Shown piece by piece: positions 8,953 to 18,634 of a stretch of DNA of 64,000 nt. A program made the translations under genes and the position numbers. Source of the DNA: Ostreococcus lucimarinus. Lineage: Eukaryota. The DNA lies in the NCBI GenBank assembly GCA_000092065.1, contig CP000583.1; one strand, written 5' to 3'. Within the stretch, counting starts at the first letter, position 1, and each line of letters begins with the position of its first letter. Under the pieces are notes generated by a model. It was not told the origin of the DNA and made no database searches. It saw only the letters and a list, made by a program, of their open reading frames with translations.

Positions 8953-11121
8953 ATGCGGAAAATTACATTCATTAATCTTCGCGCGCGCGCGCGTCACTCG
9001 GCGACGCGCGGACGCGCGGACGCGACGATGGCGCGGCGCGCGGACGTCGACGCCCTCATCGTCGGCTTCGAGCGGTGCGCGAGCACCGCGCCGCTGTTCG
9101 CCGAGGACTCGAGCAGCGACGAGCGCGCGAGCGCGCGACGGCTCGAGGACGCGCGCGACGACGCGCGCGACCGGAGCGCGTCCGACAGCGATTGGTCCGA
9201 CGCGGAGCTGCGCGAGAGCGATGGGGCGGCGTTCGATGAAAAACCGCCGAGCGCGGCGCAGGGGGGCGGACGGCCGTGGGCGCACGCGGCGAGGGCGCGA
9301 AGACGCGCGCGAAGGGCGGCGAGGGCGGAGGCGAAGGCGAACGACGCGAGCGCGGAGGAAGGAGACGAAATGATGGTTGGATCGGGAGTGTTCATCGGTG
9401 ATTTGCACGCGGACGCGACGCTGGAGATATTGAGACATCTGACGCCTCGAGACGTGGCGAGGGTGGCGGCGACGAGGAAGAAGGAACGAAATATGTTGGT
9501 GGGGAAGACGAGCGAAATCGCGGAGGCGGCGTGGGGACGGGTGAAGCTGCGTAAGGGTGAGAGCGCGAGTAAGGCGCTGGCGACGCTTCGGTGCGTGGCC
9601 AAGGATACTTTAAAGGAGCTGGATGTGAGTTCGGTGCGTGGTATGCGTAAGGCGGAATTGTTGGCGACGATGGAGGCGTGCGAGGCGTTGCGAGAGTTTC
9701 GCGCCGTGGATATGGGTGAGATGGGTAAACTCACGACAAAGGACGTCCGCGCGTACGCGAGAGCCATCGGGACGCGATTGCGAAAGATAACGTGCGATTT
9801 GGGACATAAAATTTTGTATGACCCGATAAGGCGCGATCCCACGGCCAAGTACGTCGACGTTTATGACGATAACGTGCAGGATTTGGTGGAAACGTTGGCC
9901 ATCCCGCAACTTCACGTTCGGCGTCTGAAATTGCATAGCTCGGATCCAGGGAGCGTTCGAGCGGCGGCGGTGGCGGCAGCATCCAATGGACCGAATAAAG
10001 TGGAGTCGTTCGATGCGAGCTGGAGCTTGAGAATTTCAAACGAAGGCGCTCGCGCGGTTGCAGAGGTGCTTGCTCAAGGTTGGGATTTGAAGCGTCTCGC
10101 GTTACGCAAAGTGAACATCTCCGATGACGGCGCGGTGAGCTTGGCTGAGGCCATCAAGGCATCGGCGGAAAGTGGCACAAGTAAACTTCGATGGCTCGAT
10201 CTCGGATCAAACGACGTACGAAGCCGAGGTGCGGTGGCAATTGGCGAGGCGCTCGAGCATCCGGGCGTGAATATTACTCGCTTGACGCTTCGGGGCAACG
10301 GCATATGCTCTGAGGGTATGGATGCACTCGGCAAAGGTATCTCGATGTCGAGCACGCTTCGTCGCATTGATCTTGCACACAACGGTTTCGGAGATCGAGG
10401 TGCGATCGCGTTCGCAGACGCGCTCTCGCGTGGCACGGCGCCGAATCTCCGAGTCCTTCTTCTCGGCTTTAATTCAATCGGCCCGGATGGTATGCGTGCT
10501 TTGATGCAAGCGTTGATGCATACGGACGTGGAGCACTTGGACGTGGGATGTAACGTTATTGGAGCGTCGGGTGCGAAAGCTATCGCCGAAATGATCAACT
10601 CGACGCGTCTTAAAAGTCTCAATCTTGCGTGCAACAACATTGGCTTGCGAGGCGAGCGTTCGGGCCTCACTGCTTTGGCGAAGGCTTTGGAGAAGAACAA
10701 AACGCTCGAGATTTTGAATTTACGCGGAAATGCGCTGCACACAAATTGCGCTCAAGATATTGCGGACGTCTTGTTAGAAGAGACGGCGCTAATTCAGCTC
10801 AACGTCGGATACAACGAGCTGTACGACAATGGCGCATGGGAAATCGCAGAGGCGCTCGAGGAAAACACCACGCTTCTTGGCTTGGATTTTCAGCGCAACG
10901 AAGTCACTGACGCTGGCGCGAGTAACATTGCCAAGACATTGGCAGTAAATTCTATCATTCAGGAAATCGATTTGCGAAGTAACATGATCAGCTCCGAGGG
11001 CGTCGCGAAACTTCAGCCGTACGGGTTGAAGACGAATACTCGCTGGCAACTCGAGCCTCCGAAGTACAAGGAGAAGCCGAAACCGCGTTTTTCCGCTCGG
11101 AAGCCAAAGGCAAATAAGTAG
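8953..11121 (+). CDS. F-box-like / RNI-type leucine-rich-repeat protein
   Basis: About 12 ribonuclease-inhibitor-type LRRs ('L..L.L..N.IG..G...LA.AL..N..L..L.L..N.I'). N-terminal F-box-like 'VFIGDLHADATLEILRHLTPRDVARVAA'. Start is 8953 or 9027. Confidence 0.65.
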   Translation: MRKITFINLRARARHSATRGRADATMARRADVDALIVGFERCASTAPLFAEDSSSDERASARRLEDARDDARDRSASDSDWSDAELRESDGAAFDEKPPSAAQGGGRPWAHAARARRRARRAARAEAKANDASAEEGDEMMVGSGVFIGDLHADATLEILRHLTPRDVARVAATRKKERNMLVGKTSEIAEAAWGRVKLRKGESASKALATLRCVAKDTLKELDVSSVRGMRKAELLATMEACEALREFRAVDMGEMGKLTTKDVRAYARAIGTRLRKITCDLGHKILYDPIRRDPTAKYVDVYDDNVQDLVETLAIPQLHVRRLKLHSSDPGSVRAAAVAAASNGPNKVESFDASWSLRISNEGARAVAEVLAQGWDLKRLALRKVNISDDGAVSLAEAIKASAESGTSKLRWLDLGSNDVRSRGAVAIGEALEHPGVNITRLTLRGNGICSEGMDALGKGISMSSTLRRIDLAHNGFGDRGAIAFADALSRGTAPNLRVLLLGFNSIGPDGMRALMQALMHTDVEHLDVGCNVIGASGAKAIAEMINSTRLKSLNLACNNIGLRGERSGLTALAKALEKNKTLEILNLRGNALHTNCAQDIADVLLEETALIQLNVGYNELYDNGAWEIAEALEENTTLLGLDFQRNEVTDAGASNIAKTLAVNSIIQEIDLRSNMISSEGVAKLQPYGLKTNTRWQLEPPKYKEKPKPRFSARKPKANK

Positions 11122-11185
11122 AGACTCGAAAGAGTTTGCATCACAATAGTACAGTATTAAGCGTGTTGTTTTACATTTTCGTTTG

Positions 11186-14100
11186 CTAATCTTTCTTTGA
11201 GTGCCGTTCGTTGAACGAGACGTCGCGGTGAACTTCTTCCTTGCGCGACGAGTTATCTCTAAGCCATTCACGGAGATTATCGAATTCACCTCGGAACGAA
11301 ATCTGTGGATGCTTGGCTAATATATCCAACATAAGGTATGGCATCGCAAGATCGGATATGGCCTTTTGAGATGGGACCGAATTGAGCGCCAACGCCAGTG
11401 TGCACCCGATGACGGCGCGCGTGATGCCCTCAGATTCGGCGCCGAAATCTTTCAAGGCGTTCTTCAAGACTCTTAGCGAAGATTCGCCTTGGTTGGTCTT
11501 AACTAACATGAATGCCACCTTAGCGCGATGATTCTCCTTGACGAGCGCCCAAATAGCTGTGGCGCCCCACTGTTGCAACTCAATGTTGCTGGAAGACTTC
11601 GACATGGCGTCTAAGATGGCCTTGAACATGTCGCCACTGATAACAGATGCGTCCGACTGGCAGCGTTTGAGCGTCAAGTTACTCGACGTAAGCATGTGAA
11701 TTAGCGCGCAGGCACCAGTACAGAAAGTCGCATCACCAATAGTGATAGCGTGCGCCAAAGCAGCAAGGCCTCCATTCAGCACGATTGCGATGCCAACGGT
11801 TGGTTCCTCGTAGAACATGTTTGCGAGAGCTTCAGAGGCTTCAACGTGCATTCTGCTGTCACGTGCTTTCAAAACCGAAATAGCTTCGTTTATGGTCCAC
11901 TCATGTTTACTGCGTTCCTTCACTTCTCCAAAACTGGGTTGCTTACTACGAAGATGCGAAGACTTTCCTTCCCCACTTTGATGCAGGTTCTCTCCAGAGA
12001 AGTTACGCTGCAGCGCGCTCATTTGCTTCCCATCATCAACCTCATCTTGCTTAGCCGACTTTGACTCCGCACCTCGGGTGTCAAAAGCATCCAAACCAGA
12101 CTGAGAATGAATAGCTTGAAGCGATGAATTTGCGTCATTGAGGCTAGAGCGTTGACGCTCGTCTTGCCCTTGATTTTGCGCACTCGTCCTCGCTTTTGGC
12201 GCCGTCTCGGCGCGATCTGGTCTAGAGCGTTGACGTTCGTCTTGCCCTTGATTTTGCGCACTCGTCCTCACTTTTGGCGCCGTCTCAGCGCGATCTGGTC
12301 TAGATCGTTGACGTTCGTCTTCCTCTTGATTTTGCGCACTCGTCCTCACTTTTGGCGCCGTCTCAGCGCGATCTGGTCTAGATCGTTGACGTTCGTCTTC
12401 CTCTTGATTTTGCGCACTCGTCCTCACTTTTGGCGCCGTCTCAGCGCGATCTGGTCTAGATCGTTGACGTTCGTCTTCCTCTTGATTTTGCGCACTCGTC
12501 CTCACTTTTGGCGCCGTCTCAGCGCGATCTGGTCTAGATCGTTGACGTTCGTCTTCCTCTTGATTTTGCGCACTCGTCCTCACTTTTGGCGCCGTCTCAG
12601 CGCGATCTGGTCTGGATCGTTGACGTTCGTCTTCCTCTTGATTTTGCGCACTCGTCCTCACTTTTGGCGCCGGCGTCAACGCGCTTTCGTCCTCTGAGGC
12701 TTGTGCAAATAACTTTTGCGCCTTAATATGATCGTTTGAAAGTTGAGAATCCTCTTGCGTCCCGGATTCGAGCGCACTTTCCGCGGCGTTTCGCTCCGTC
12801 CGGGATACGGGGTTACTTCGAGAGGTAGATTTCGCACCGCCTCTATCGCCTCTGATCCAATCACGCAACGAACCAAACTCACCGTGAAAGGAAATGCCTT
12901 GATTTTCGCTGAGTGCTTTTCGCACATCGCTGCGCAACCCACGTTCAACCAGTTGGTCTTGAATCTCTTTGTTGTCTTTTGCAAGGGAAAGAATGCATCC
13001 GAGAAACTTGCGAATGGTCGACACATACTGGTTAGATCCAACGTCAGCGCGCGCCTGGCTCAACCCTTCTTTGAGGAAATCCATGACTTGCGGGCCGCAA
13101 TCCATGACATTCTGTTGCGCAAATTTACCACCAACACCGGTGTACGCCCAGAGAGCGTGCGCTGCTTCAGCTTTCATCTCCAGATCATCTGAGTGACGCA
13201 CCACTGCGTCCATGATTGCAGACGGCAAGATCTTGAAACGCACTTGTTTCATCAGTCGCATCATCGTGCTTGGATCCGTAAGCAAGGCGCGCAAGACACG
13301 CATACACGCATACATCATGTCGGGATTGTACAAATAGTAACGCAAGCACTCCACCGCCGTGCGAGGACCACCGCACGTGAGAACAAGGTATGCACATCCC
13401 TTCTCCGTGATCCGCGCCAATGCGAGCAGGGAGCGGTAAGCGATTTCTTCGCTTTCCGCCTTCGACACGCCAGCAACCGAGCCTGGAGGATTAAGAGCAA
13501 TCTTGCATAGCATCATAATCACTCTTTTCTTCGCGAAATAAATGCCTTCCTTCGTGATTCCACGCGCCGTCATGTGTGAGCGCAGAGCTGACGCTCTCTG
13601 CTGCTGTTCAATAACTTTCTTCTCGCGATCATCCTTCGGTTTCTTCGACTGTTTATCGTTCGACTCATTAGCATCACGTCCTCCTGGAGTTCGTGCTTTC
13701 GGTGTTTCATCGTCGGGAGCGAAAGATGGCGACTCGTATTCTTCTTTGATCCAATCTTTGAGGGACGAAAACTCGCCGGCAAACGAAAGTGAAGGATTTT
13801 CGGTAAGTGTCTTGCGAATCATCGCGCGATAACCCTCATTTACCAAGAAGTTTTGCATGGTCTTGTTGCCGTTCGCAAGTGATAAGAGCATACCCACAAT
13901 TTTGTGACGGTACTTGGCGTTCGGATCCTTTTCTTTGATCTTCAGATCGTTGAGTGATGTCTTAACGTAACGCAAAAATCCGGAGCTCTTGCAACGTTCT
14001 TGAGCAAGCTTTCCTCCCAACGTATTCGATGCCCACAAGGCATGAGCCCCTTCGCCAACGATGTCAATTTCGCCGGCATGAAGACCAGTCGCGTGCGAAA

Positions 14101-15274
14101 TGGCGTTGGGAAGCAATCTGAAGCGCTGTTGCTTTTTGATGTGCATCATCGTGGACATATTGCTCTCCAGTGCTCGCATCAACTTGAAAGCCGCGACGAC
14201 GACGTCGGGATTCGTTTCGTAGAGCTTCAAGCAGTCGAAAGCGCATCGATTGCCTCCAAGAGTGAGAATCATAAAAGCACTGCTCTTGTGCGCGAGACGC
14301 GCTAGTCCCTCGATGCAACGTTGGGCGATCGCTTCCGAGTCCTCCTTTGTCATTCCTTGGGCGACACCAGGAGGCTTGATCGCCATACAAATCATCGACG
14401 ACACCGCGCGCTTTCGAGCGTCGTATGTGCTCATCATTGACCGCTGACGCATCACCGTAGCTTTAGTTCCGCTGCGGGCGACGACACGTACCTCCTCGAC
14501 TCTATCTGGCCCCTGAGTCGGCGGTGCGCGCAAAGCCCGCGCAGGCGCCGCCGGTCGAGGCTTGTGGCTCCGCGTACGATCTTGCGTCGCCTCTTCTGTC
14601 GTGTTTGTGATGCGACGCGCTTTTGTTTCGTCATCCAACTCCGCCGCGCGTCGCTGGTTGATTGAAAATTGCGACTTCGTCGCGTGTCTTCCCTCAAGCC
14701 ACTCGAGCGCCAAGTGCAAGTCATTCACCCTGATCGCGTCCAAAGCCATCTCCCCATCCTCATACGAGTACCCCAGCATCACCAGCTGCGCGATCACCGT
14801 CACTCGACTCGCCAATTCCGGTGCAATCTTCACCGGCAACGACATCGCCACCGGCATGTCGAAGCCCTCCTGCTCGTATCGCACGCGCGCCACCTCGCCC
14901 TGCAACTGCCGAAACGCCGACGACAAATCAGCCACGCGCTGTTGCGCCTGTCTCAGCTCCTCTCGCTCGCGTTCGATGATTTCATTCGTCCCTTCCGCCG
15001 GTCGCTCTTGCAGCTCCTTCACCGTCGCCTTCAAGTTGGCCACCTCTTGTTCGCTCAGCGACAGCGCCGTGAGCGCGTTGCGCATGGCGCTCGACGCCTG
15101 CGCCAGCATCTGCTGACTCGACGCCGTCTTCGCTCGCAGCGCCTGCTGCGCCGCTTCGATCGCTCGATCAAACTCGTGCTTCGGCACCATTCCATCCACG
15201 ACCTCGACGTCCATGGACAGCGTGTTACTCCCTCCCACCGTCGGCGACCGATCGTCTCGCGCGACCTCCGCCAT
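11186..15274 (-). CDS. Large ARM/HEAT-like protein: N-terminal coiled coil, UBA-like motif, three paralogous ~250-aa modules, and an internal 29-aa x ~7 tandem repeat
   Basis: ATG at 15272-15274. UBA-like 'IAQLVMLGYSYEDGEMALDAIRVNDLHLALEWL'. Each of three modules ends in 'ISF.GEF..L(K/R)DW(I/L)'. Repeat unit is 'ETAPKVRTSAQNQEEDERQRSRPDRA'. Moderate GC3. Confidence 0.7.
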   Translation of the reverse strand: MAEVARDDRSPTVGGSNTLSMDVEVVDGMVPKHEFDRAIEAAQQALRAKTASSQQMLAQASSAMRNALTALSLSEQEVANLKATVKELQERPAEGTNEIIEREREELRQAQQRVADLSSAFRQLQGEVARVRYEQEGFDMPVAMSLPVKIAPELASRVTVIAQLVMLGYSYEDGEMALDAIRVNDLHLALEWLEGRHATKSQFSINQRRAAELDDETKARRITNTTEEATQDRTRSHKPRPAAPARALRAPPTQGPDRVEEVRVVARSGTKATVMRQRSMMSTYDARKRAVSSMICMAIKPPGVAQGMTKEDSEAIAQRCIEGLARLAHKSSAFMILTLGGNRCAFDCLKLYETNPDVVVAAFKLMRALESNMSTMMHIKKQQRFRLLPNAISHATGLHAGEIDIVGEGAHALWASNTLGGKLAQERCKSSGFLRYVKTSLNDLKIKEKDPNAKYRHKIVGMLLSLANGNKTMQNFLVNEGYRAMIRKTLTENPSLSFAGEFSSLKDWIKEEYESPSFAPDDETPKARTPGGRDANESNDKQSKKPKDDREKKVIEQQQRASALRSHMTARGITKEGIYFAKKRVIMMLCKIALNPPGSVAGVSKAESEEIAYRSLLALARITEKGCAYLVLTCGGPRTAVECLRYYLYNPDMMYACMRVLRALLTDPSTMMRLMKQVRFKILPSAIMDAVVRHSDDLEMKAEAAHALWAYTGVGGKFAQQNVMDCGPQVMDFLKEGLSQARADVGSNQYVSTIRKFLGCILSLAKDNKEIQDQLVERGLRSDVRKALSENQGISFHGEFGSLRDWIRGDRGGAKSTSRSNPVSRTERNAAESALESGTQEDSQLSNDHIKAQKLFAQASEDESALTPAPKVRTSAQNQEEDERQRSRPDRAETAPKVRTSAQNQEEDERQRSRPDRAETAPKVRTSAQNQEEDERQRSRPDRAETAPKVRTSAQNQEEDERQRSRPDRAETAPKVRTSAQNQEEDERQRSRPDRAETAPKVRTSAQNQGQDERQRSRPDRAETAPKARTSAQNQGQDERQRSSLNDANSSLQAIHSQSGLDAFDTRGAESKSAKQDEVDDGKQMSALQRNFSGENLHQSGEGKSSHLRSKQPSFGEVKERSKHEWTINEAISVLKARDSRMHVEASEALANMFYEEPTVGIAIVLNGGLAALAHAITIGDATFCTGACALIHMLTSSNLTLKRCQSDASVISGDMFKAILDAMSKSSSNIELQQWGATAIWALVKENHRAKVAFMLVKTNQGESSLRVLKNALKDFGAESEGITRAVIGCTLALALNSVPSQKAISDLAMPYLMLDILAKHPQISFRGEFDNLREWLRDNSSRKEEVHRDVSFNERHSKKD
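12150..12700. repeat. 87-bp tandem repeat (~6.5 copies, >95% identical) in-frame inside the ARM-like gene
   Basis: Read directly. It encodes the 29-aa protein repeat. The + strand ORF 12152..12697 is its other-strand translation. Confidence 0.85.
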
Positions 15275-15525
15275 GATCGCCGCAATTCGTTTTCACGCGT
15301 CGCGTTTCTCCGCCGTCGTCGCGTTCGATCGCGCGCGCGCCGCTTTTCTTCGCGTCGATCGCGCGTCGCGGACGTCCGTCGCCGTCGTCGCGCGCCGTGC
15401 GTCGTCGAATGCGGCACAATTCAATTCGACGAGGTGTTGTCCCGGTGGCTCGAACAATCATCGCGGCCGCACACGCGCGCGCGCGACGTGCGCGAGCGCG
15501 AGCGAGGGGAAAACGCGCGGAAAAG

Positions 15526-17112
15526 ATGAACGCCGAGGCGCGACAGACGCTGCACGCGCTCATGAGCGCGGCTGAAAACCGCACGTGTGCGGATTGCGCG
15601 ACGCACAACCCAGACTGGGCGAGCGTGAACCACGGGATATTCCTCTGCCTGAACTGCAGCGGCGTCCATCGATCGCTGGGCGTGCACGTGAGCTTCGTGC
15701 GGTCGGCGACGATGGACTCTTGGAGCGCGGAACAGTTGGCGTCGATGCGGTGCTCGAGTAACGAGAAGATGAATGCGTTTTTGGAAAAGTATGGGACGGC
15801 GCGCGGGACGAGCGCGCGGGTGAAATACGAGAGCGCGGCGGCGCAGGCGTGGCGGGAAAAGGTGCGATGTGCGGTGCAGGGGAAGGAGTGGAAAAAGCCA
15901 AAGGGGCTGAAGAGCGGTGGAGGCTCGGGGGAGGGGAGAGAGGGGGGTAGAAAGCCGAGCGGGAGCGGGTCGTCGGAGTTGTTTCAATTTGAGGATACAA
16001 ACGAGAGGAAGAAGAGCTCGGGGAAGACGAACGCGAAGGGTGGGTACGACTTATCCACCGGACAAGGGTCATTGGTGAGCAAGCGGTACGTGCATCACGA
16101 CGACGGGTGGGTGCCGCCACCGCCGCCGTTACCGAAAGGCGCGAAGGCAGGGGAGTTTTTACACGGATTGACGCCGCACGAGTGGGTGGCGTTTCTGAAA
16201 AAGTGTGCGAGTCAAGACGATCGAACGTATCACTTGAAGAACATGACGGAAGAAGAGCGCGCACAAGTCGTTGCGGCGATGTCTGGTCAACCCATTCCGC
16301 CGCGCTCTGGGAAGAAGCACGTGCCAAAAATGACGAGCGACGCGGCGACAAATTCTTCCGCGAGTGATTTGAAGACGTTGAATCCATTCGATGGTTTCGG
16401 TAGTAGTAGTGGTGGGGATGATTTTTTCGACGATAGCGGAGCGGCGAGAAAGGAAAAGAAGTCGAAGAAGGAGAAGAAGGAAAAAAAGGAGAAGAAGGAA
16501 AAGTCATCGGCGAACGACAATGAGACGGAGCTTGAGCGACGCATGCGAGAAGCGGGCGAGGCGGCGAAAGCTTTAGCGCGCGAACGCATGCTTGTGAACC
16601 CGAACCGCGCGCAAGAAGATGCTTCTTCGTCTGTGTACGCCGTGCCACAGAAGAAGAAACCATCTTATTCACCAAAGCAATCGTATTTTCACGGAAGCTC
16701 AAATCTCGGCTCTGGTGCGTCTTCGCGGTACGCCGGCTTCGGGAACACGTCTTCGAATCCGAAGGCTCAGGATTGGCAAGACAAGGTAAAGGTTGGGATG
16801 GAGTCTGCTAAAGGCTGGTTGTCTGGGACACTAAAGGGTATCGCGGCCAAGCTTGACAATACTGCCAGCGCGCAGCGTACAGCGCCGCCACCGTCTTACA
16901 ATCAGACGCCCGGCCACTATCAACCGGCAGGACGCCCACCAGAAGTGGCGTCGTACGAGCCACCGCAGGTGCAATCGTACACTCGTCCGCCGAGACCGTC
17001 CCCGAAAGCAAAAGCCGAAAAGTTCTACAGTTCGTCGGATTCTGACAGTAGTGAAGATGAAGACACCCCAGAGAAGCTCGCGTCCGACTTTTCAAATTTG
17101 ATGGATAAGTGA
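15526..17112 (+). CDS. ADP-ribosylation factor GTPase-activating protein (ArfGAP1-type) with Lys/Glu-rich and Ser-rich tail
   Basis: '[46 protein letters not shown]' C4 ArfGAP zinc finger. First ATG at 15526 (MNAEARQTL). Confidence 0.8.
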   Translation: MNAEARQTLHALMSAAENRTCADCATHNPDWASVNHGIFLCLNCSGVHRSLGVHVSFVRSATMDSWSAEQLASMRCSSNEKMNAFLEKYGTARGTSARVKYESAAAQAWREKVRCAVQGKEWKKPKGLKSGGGSGEGREGGRKPSGSGSSELFQFEDTNERKKSSGKTNAKGGYDLSTGQGSLVSKRYVHHDDGWVPPPPPLPKGAKAGEFLHGLTPHEWVAFLKKCASQDDRTYHLKNMTEEERAQVVAAMSGQPIPPRSGKKHVPKMTSDAATNSSASDLKTLNPFDGFGSSSGGDDFFDDSGAARKEKKSKKEKKEKKEKKEKSSANDNETELERRMREAGEAAKALARERMLVNPNRAQEDASSSVYAVPQKKKPSYSPKQSYFHGSSNLGSGASSRYAGFGNTSSNPKAQDWQDKVKVGMESAKGWLSGTLKGIAAKLDNTASAQRTAPPPSYNQTPGHYQPAGRPPEVASYEPPQVQSYTRPPRPSPKAKAEKFYSSSDSDSSEDEDTPEKLASDFSNLMDK

Positions 17113-17138
17113 ATGTTTGTATTGCTATCAACTATTGT

Positions 17139-18352
17139 CTATCGTCTAGGTCTCGTTAAAACCCCGCCCTGAACGATCGCTCGCAACAACGCACGAGATG
17201 GTACATCGGACATGTGATAGTGGGGGAAACCGCCGCTTGTCGAGACTCTAAAATGCTCTGAGACGAGCGCTTCGGGAATTTTCACTTTCGGCCACCATGC
17301 GGAGGTATCGAATTCTCCGTAATGCGCTGGGAACTGGTCAAGTAGGAACTCGTCAGGAATGTTCGACAACAACAGCATATCTTCGAGGAAGTAGATGAGG
17401 ATTTCGCCAGCCAAGTTGAGCGCGATCCAAACGCTCAAGCCTATGGCGATGCGCTTTACCCATTTCATACGCCAACCGGTGCCTTGCATCAAGTAAGCCT
17501 CGACTTTATTCATCACTCGAAAATAAATGATCATATCCCCTCGCTCGTTTGTCCCTGGTTTGTGGAAACCTTCGCCTTTTATGACTTTCTCCTCTCCTTT
17601 GCGAATCGTGTGCGAATTCGGTTTGACTGCGAGCTTAATTTCCCTGCCGCTGATGCTGCGGGTAGTGATGACGCATCCGTTCACCGCTTGCCGTGGCTCG
17701 AGCGCGACCCACGTGGCGATGTCAGAGCCATCGTTAACGCGATCAAACCTCGCGTGCGGTCGTTCGCGAATGACAAACATCACGGACTGCAAATCGTTCC
17801 CGCTCGGCGTGAACTTCAACTCAAACCCCTCTCGCCAACCCCTGTGCACTCGCACGGTGAAAACGTGACTCTTCTGCACCACCTTACGCGTTCGTTCATC
17901 TACCCCAAGCACCATAACCCCCTCTCGTCGCACACATCCACTGTACAACTCTTCTAAATCGCACCACAATTCCCGCACCACGCACTCTCGAATCCCGAGC
18001 GCCTCGCAATACATCATCCTCGCTTGCTCCGCCTCAAAGTGATCATACACCCCCGGCTCCTCAAACATCTTCATCCCGATGTCATCGTACTCTTTCCTTT
18101 GTTCAGGATCAGAAAGCACGCTATACGCGTGTCCAATCTCTTGGAATCGCATCTTCGCCGCCTCCTTCGCCGCGTCGTCGCCCGACACCTTGTCCGGGTG
18201 GTTCAATTTCGCCAACTTGTGATACGCCTTGCGCACGTCCGCGCCCGTGATTTTCGGCGACTTCTCCAGCCCGAGCACTTCGTAAAGCTCTCGTTTCGGC
18301 GCAGACGTCGTCGCGGACGCATCCGCGCCATCCTCGCGTCGTCCGCGCGCCA
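17139..18352 (-). CDS. DnaJ (J-domain) protein with C-terminal membrane-associated region
   Basis: J domain 'YEVLGLEKSPKITGADVRKAYHKLAKLNHPDK...EIGHAYSVLSDPEQRKEYD'. True ATG at 18350-18352 (track start is GTG). Its stop lies 26 bp from the ArfGAP stop. Confidence 0.8.
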
Positions 18353-18634
18353 TTTCGTTTGCCAGTTTCACCGAGTGCGCGGTCGAGGGCGTCGGTCCCG
18401 AGGCGGTTTCGCCGCGCCGCGCGCCTCGCGCGCGGCGCCGAGCGACGCGCGCGCGCGTGCGACCGCGCGCGTCGCTCGCGGCGAGATCAACGTCGACGCG
18501 TCGCGCTGTGCGTCCTCAAAGGCTCTCCGACGCGACGCGAGAGACATCGTCTTCGTCTTCATCATCGTTCATCGTTCATCGTCATCGTGCGACGCGCGCG
18601 TCGATCGCGGCTCGACCCAGCGACGCGACGCGCG

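Noticed and set aside
12152-12697. 181-aa + ORF (RPHFWRRLSAIWSRSLTFVFLLILRT repeats)
   Set aside because: It is the opposite-strand translation of the 87-bp minisatellite inside the ARM-like gene.
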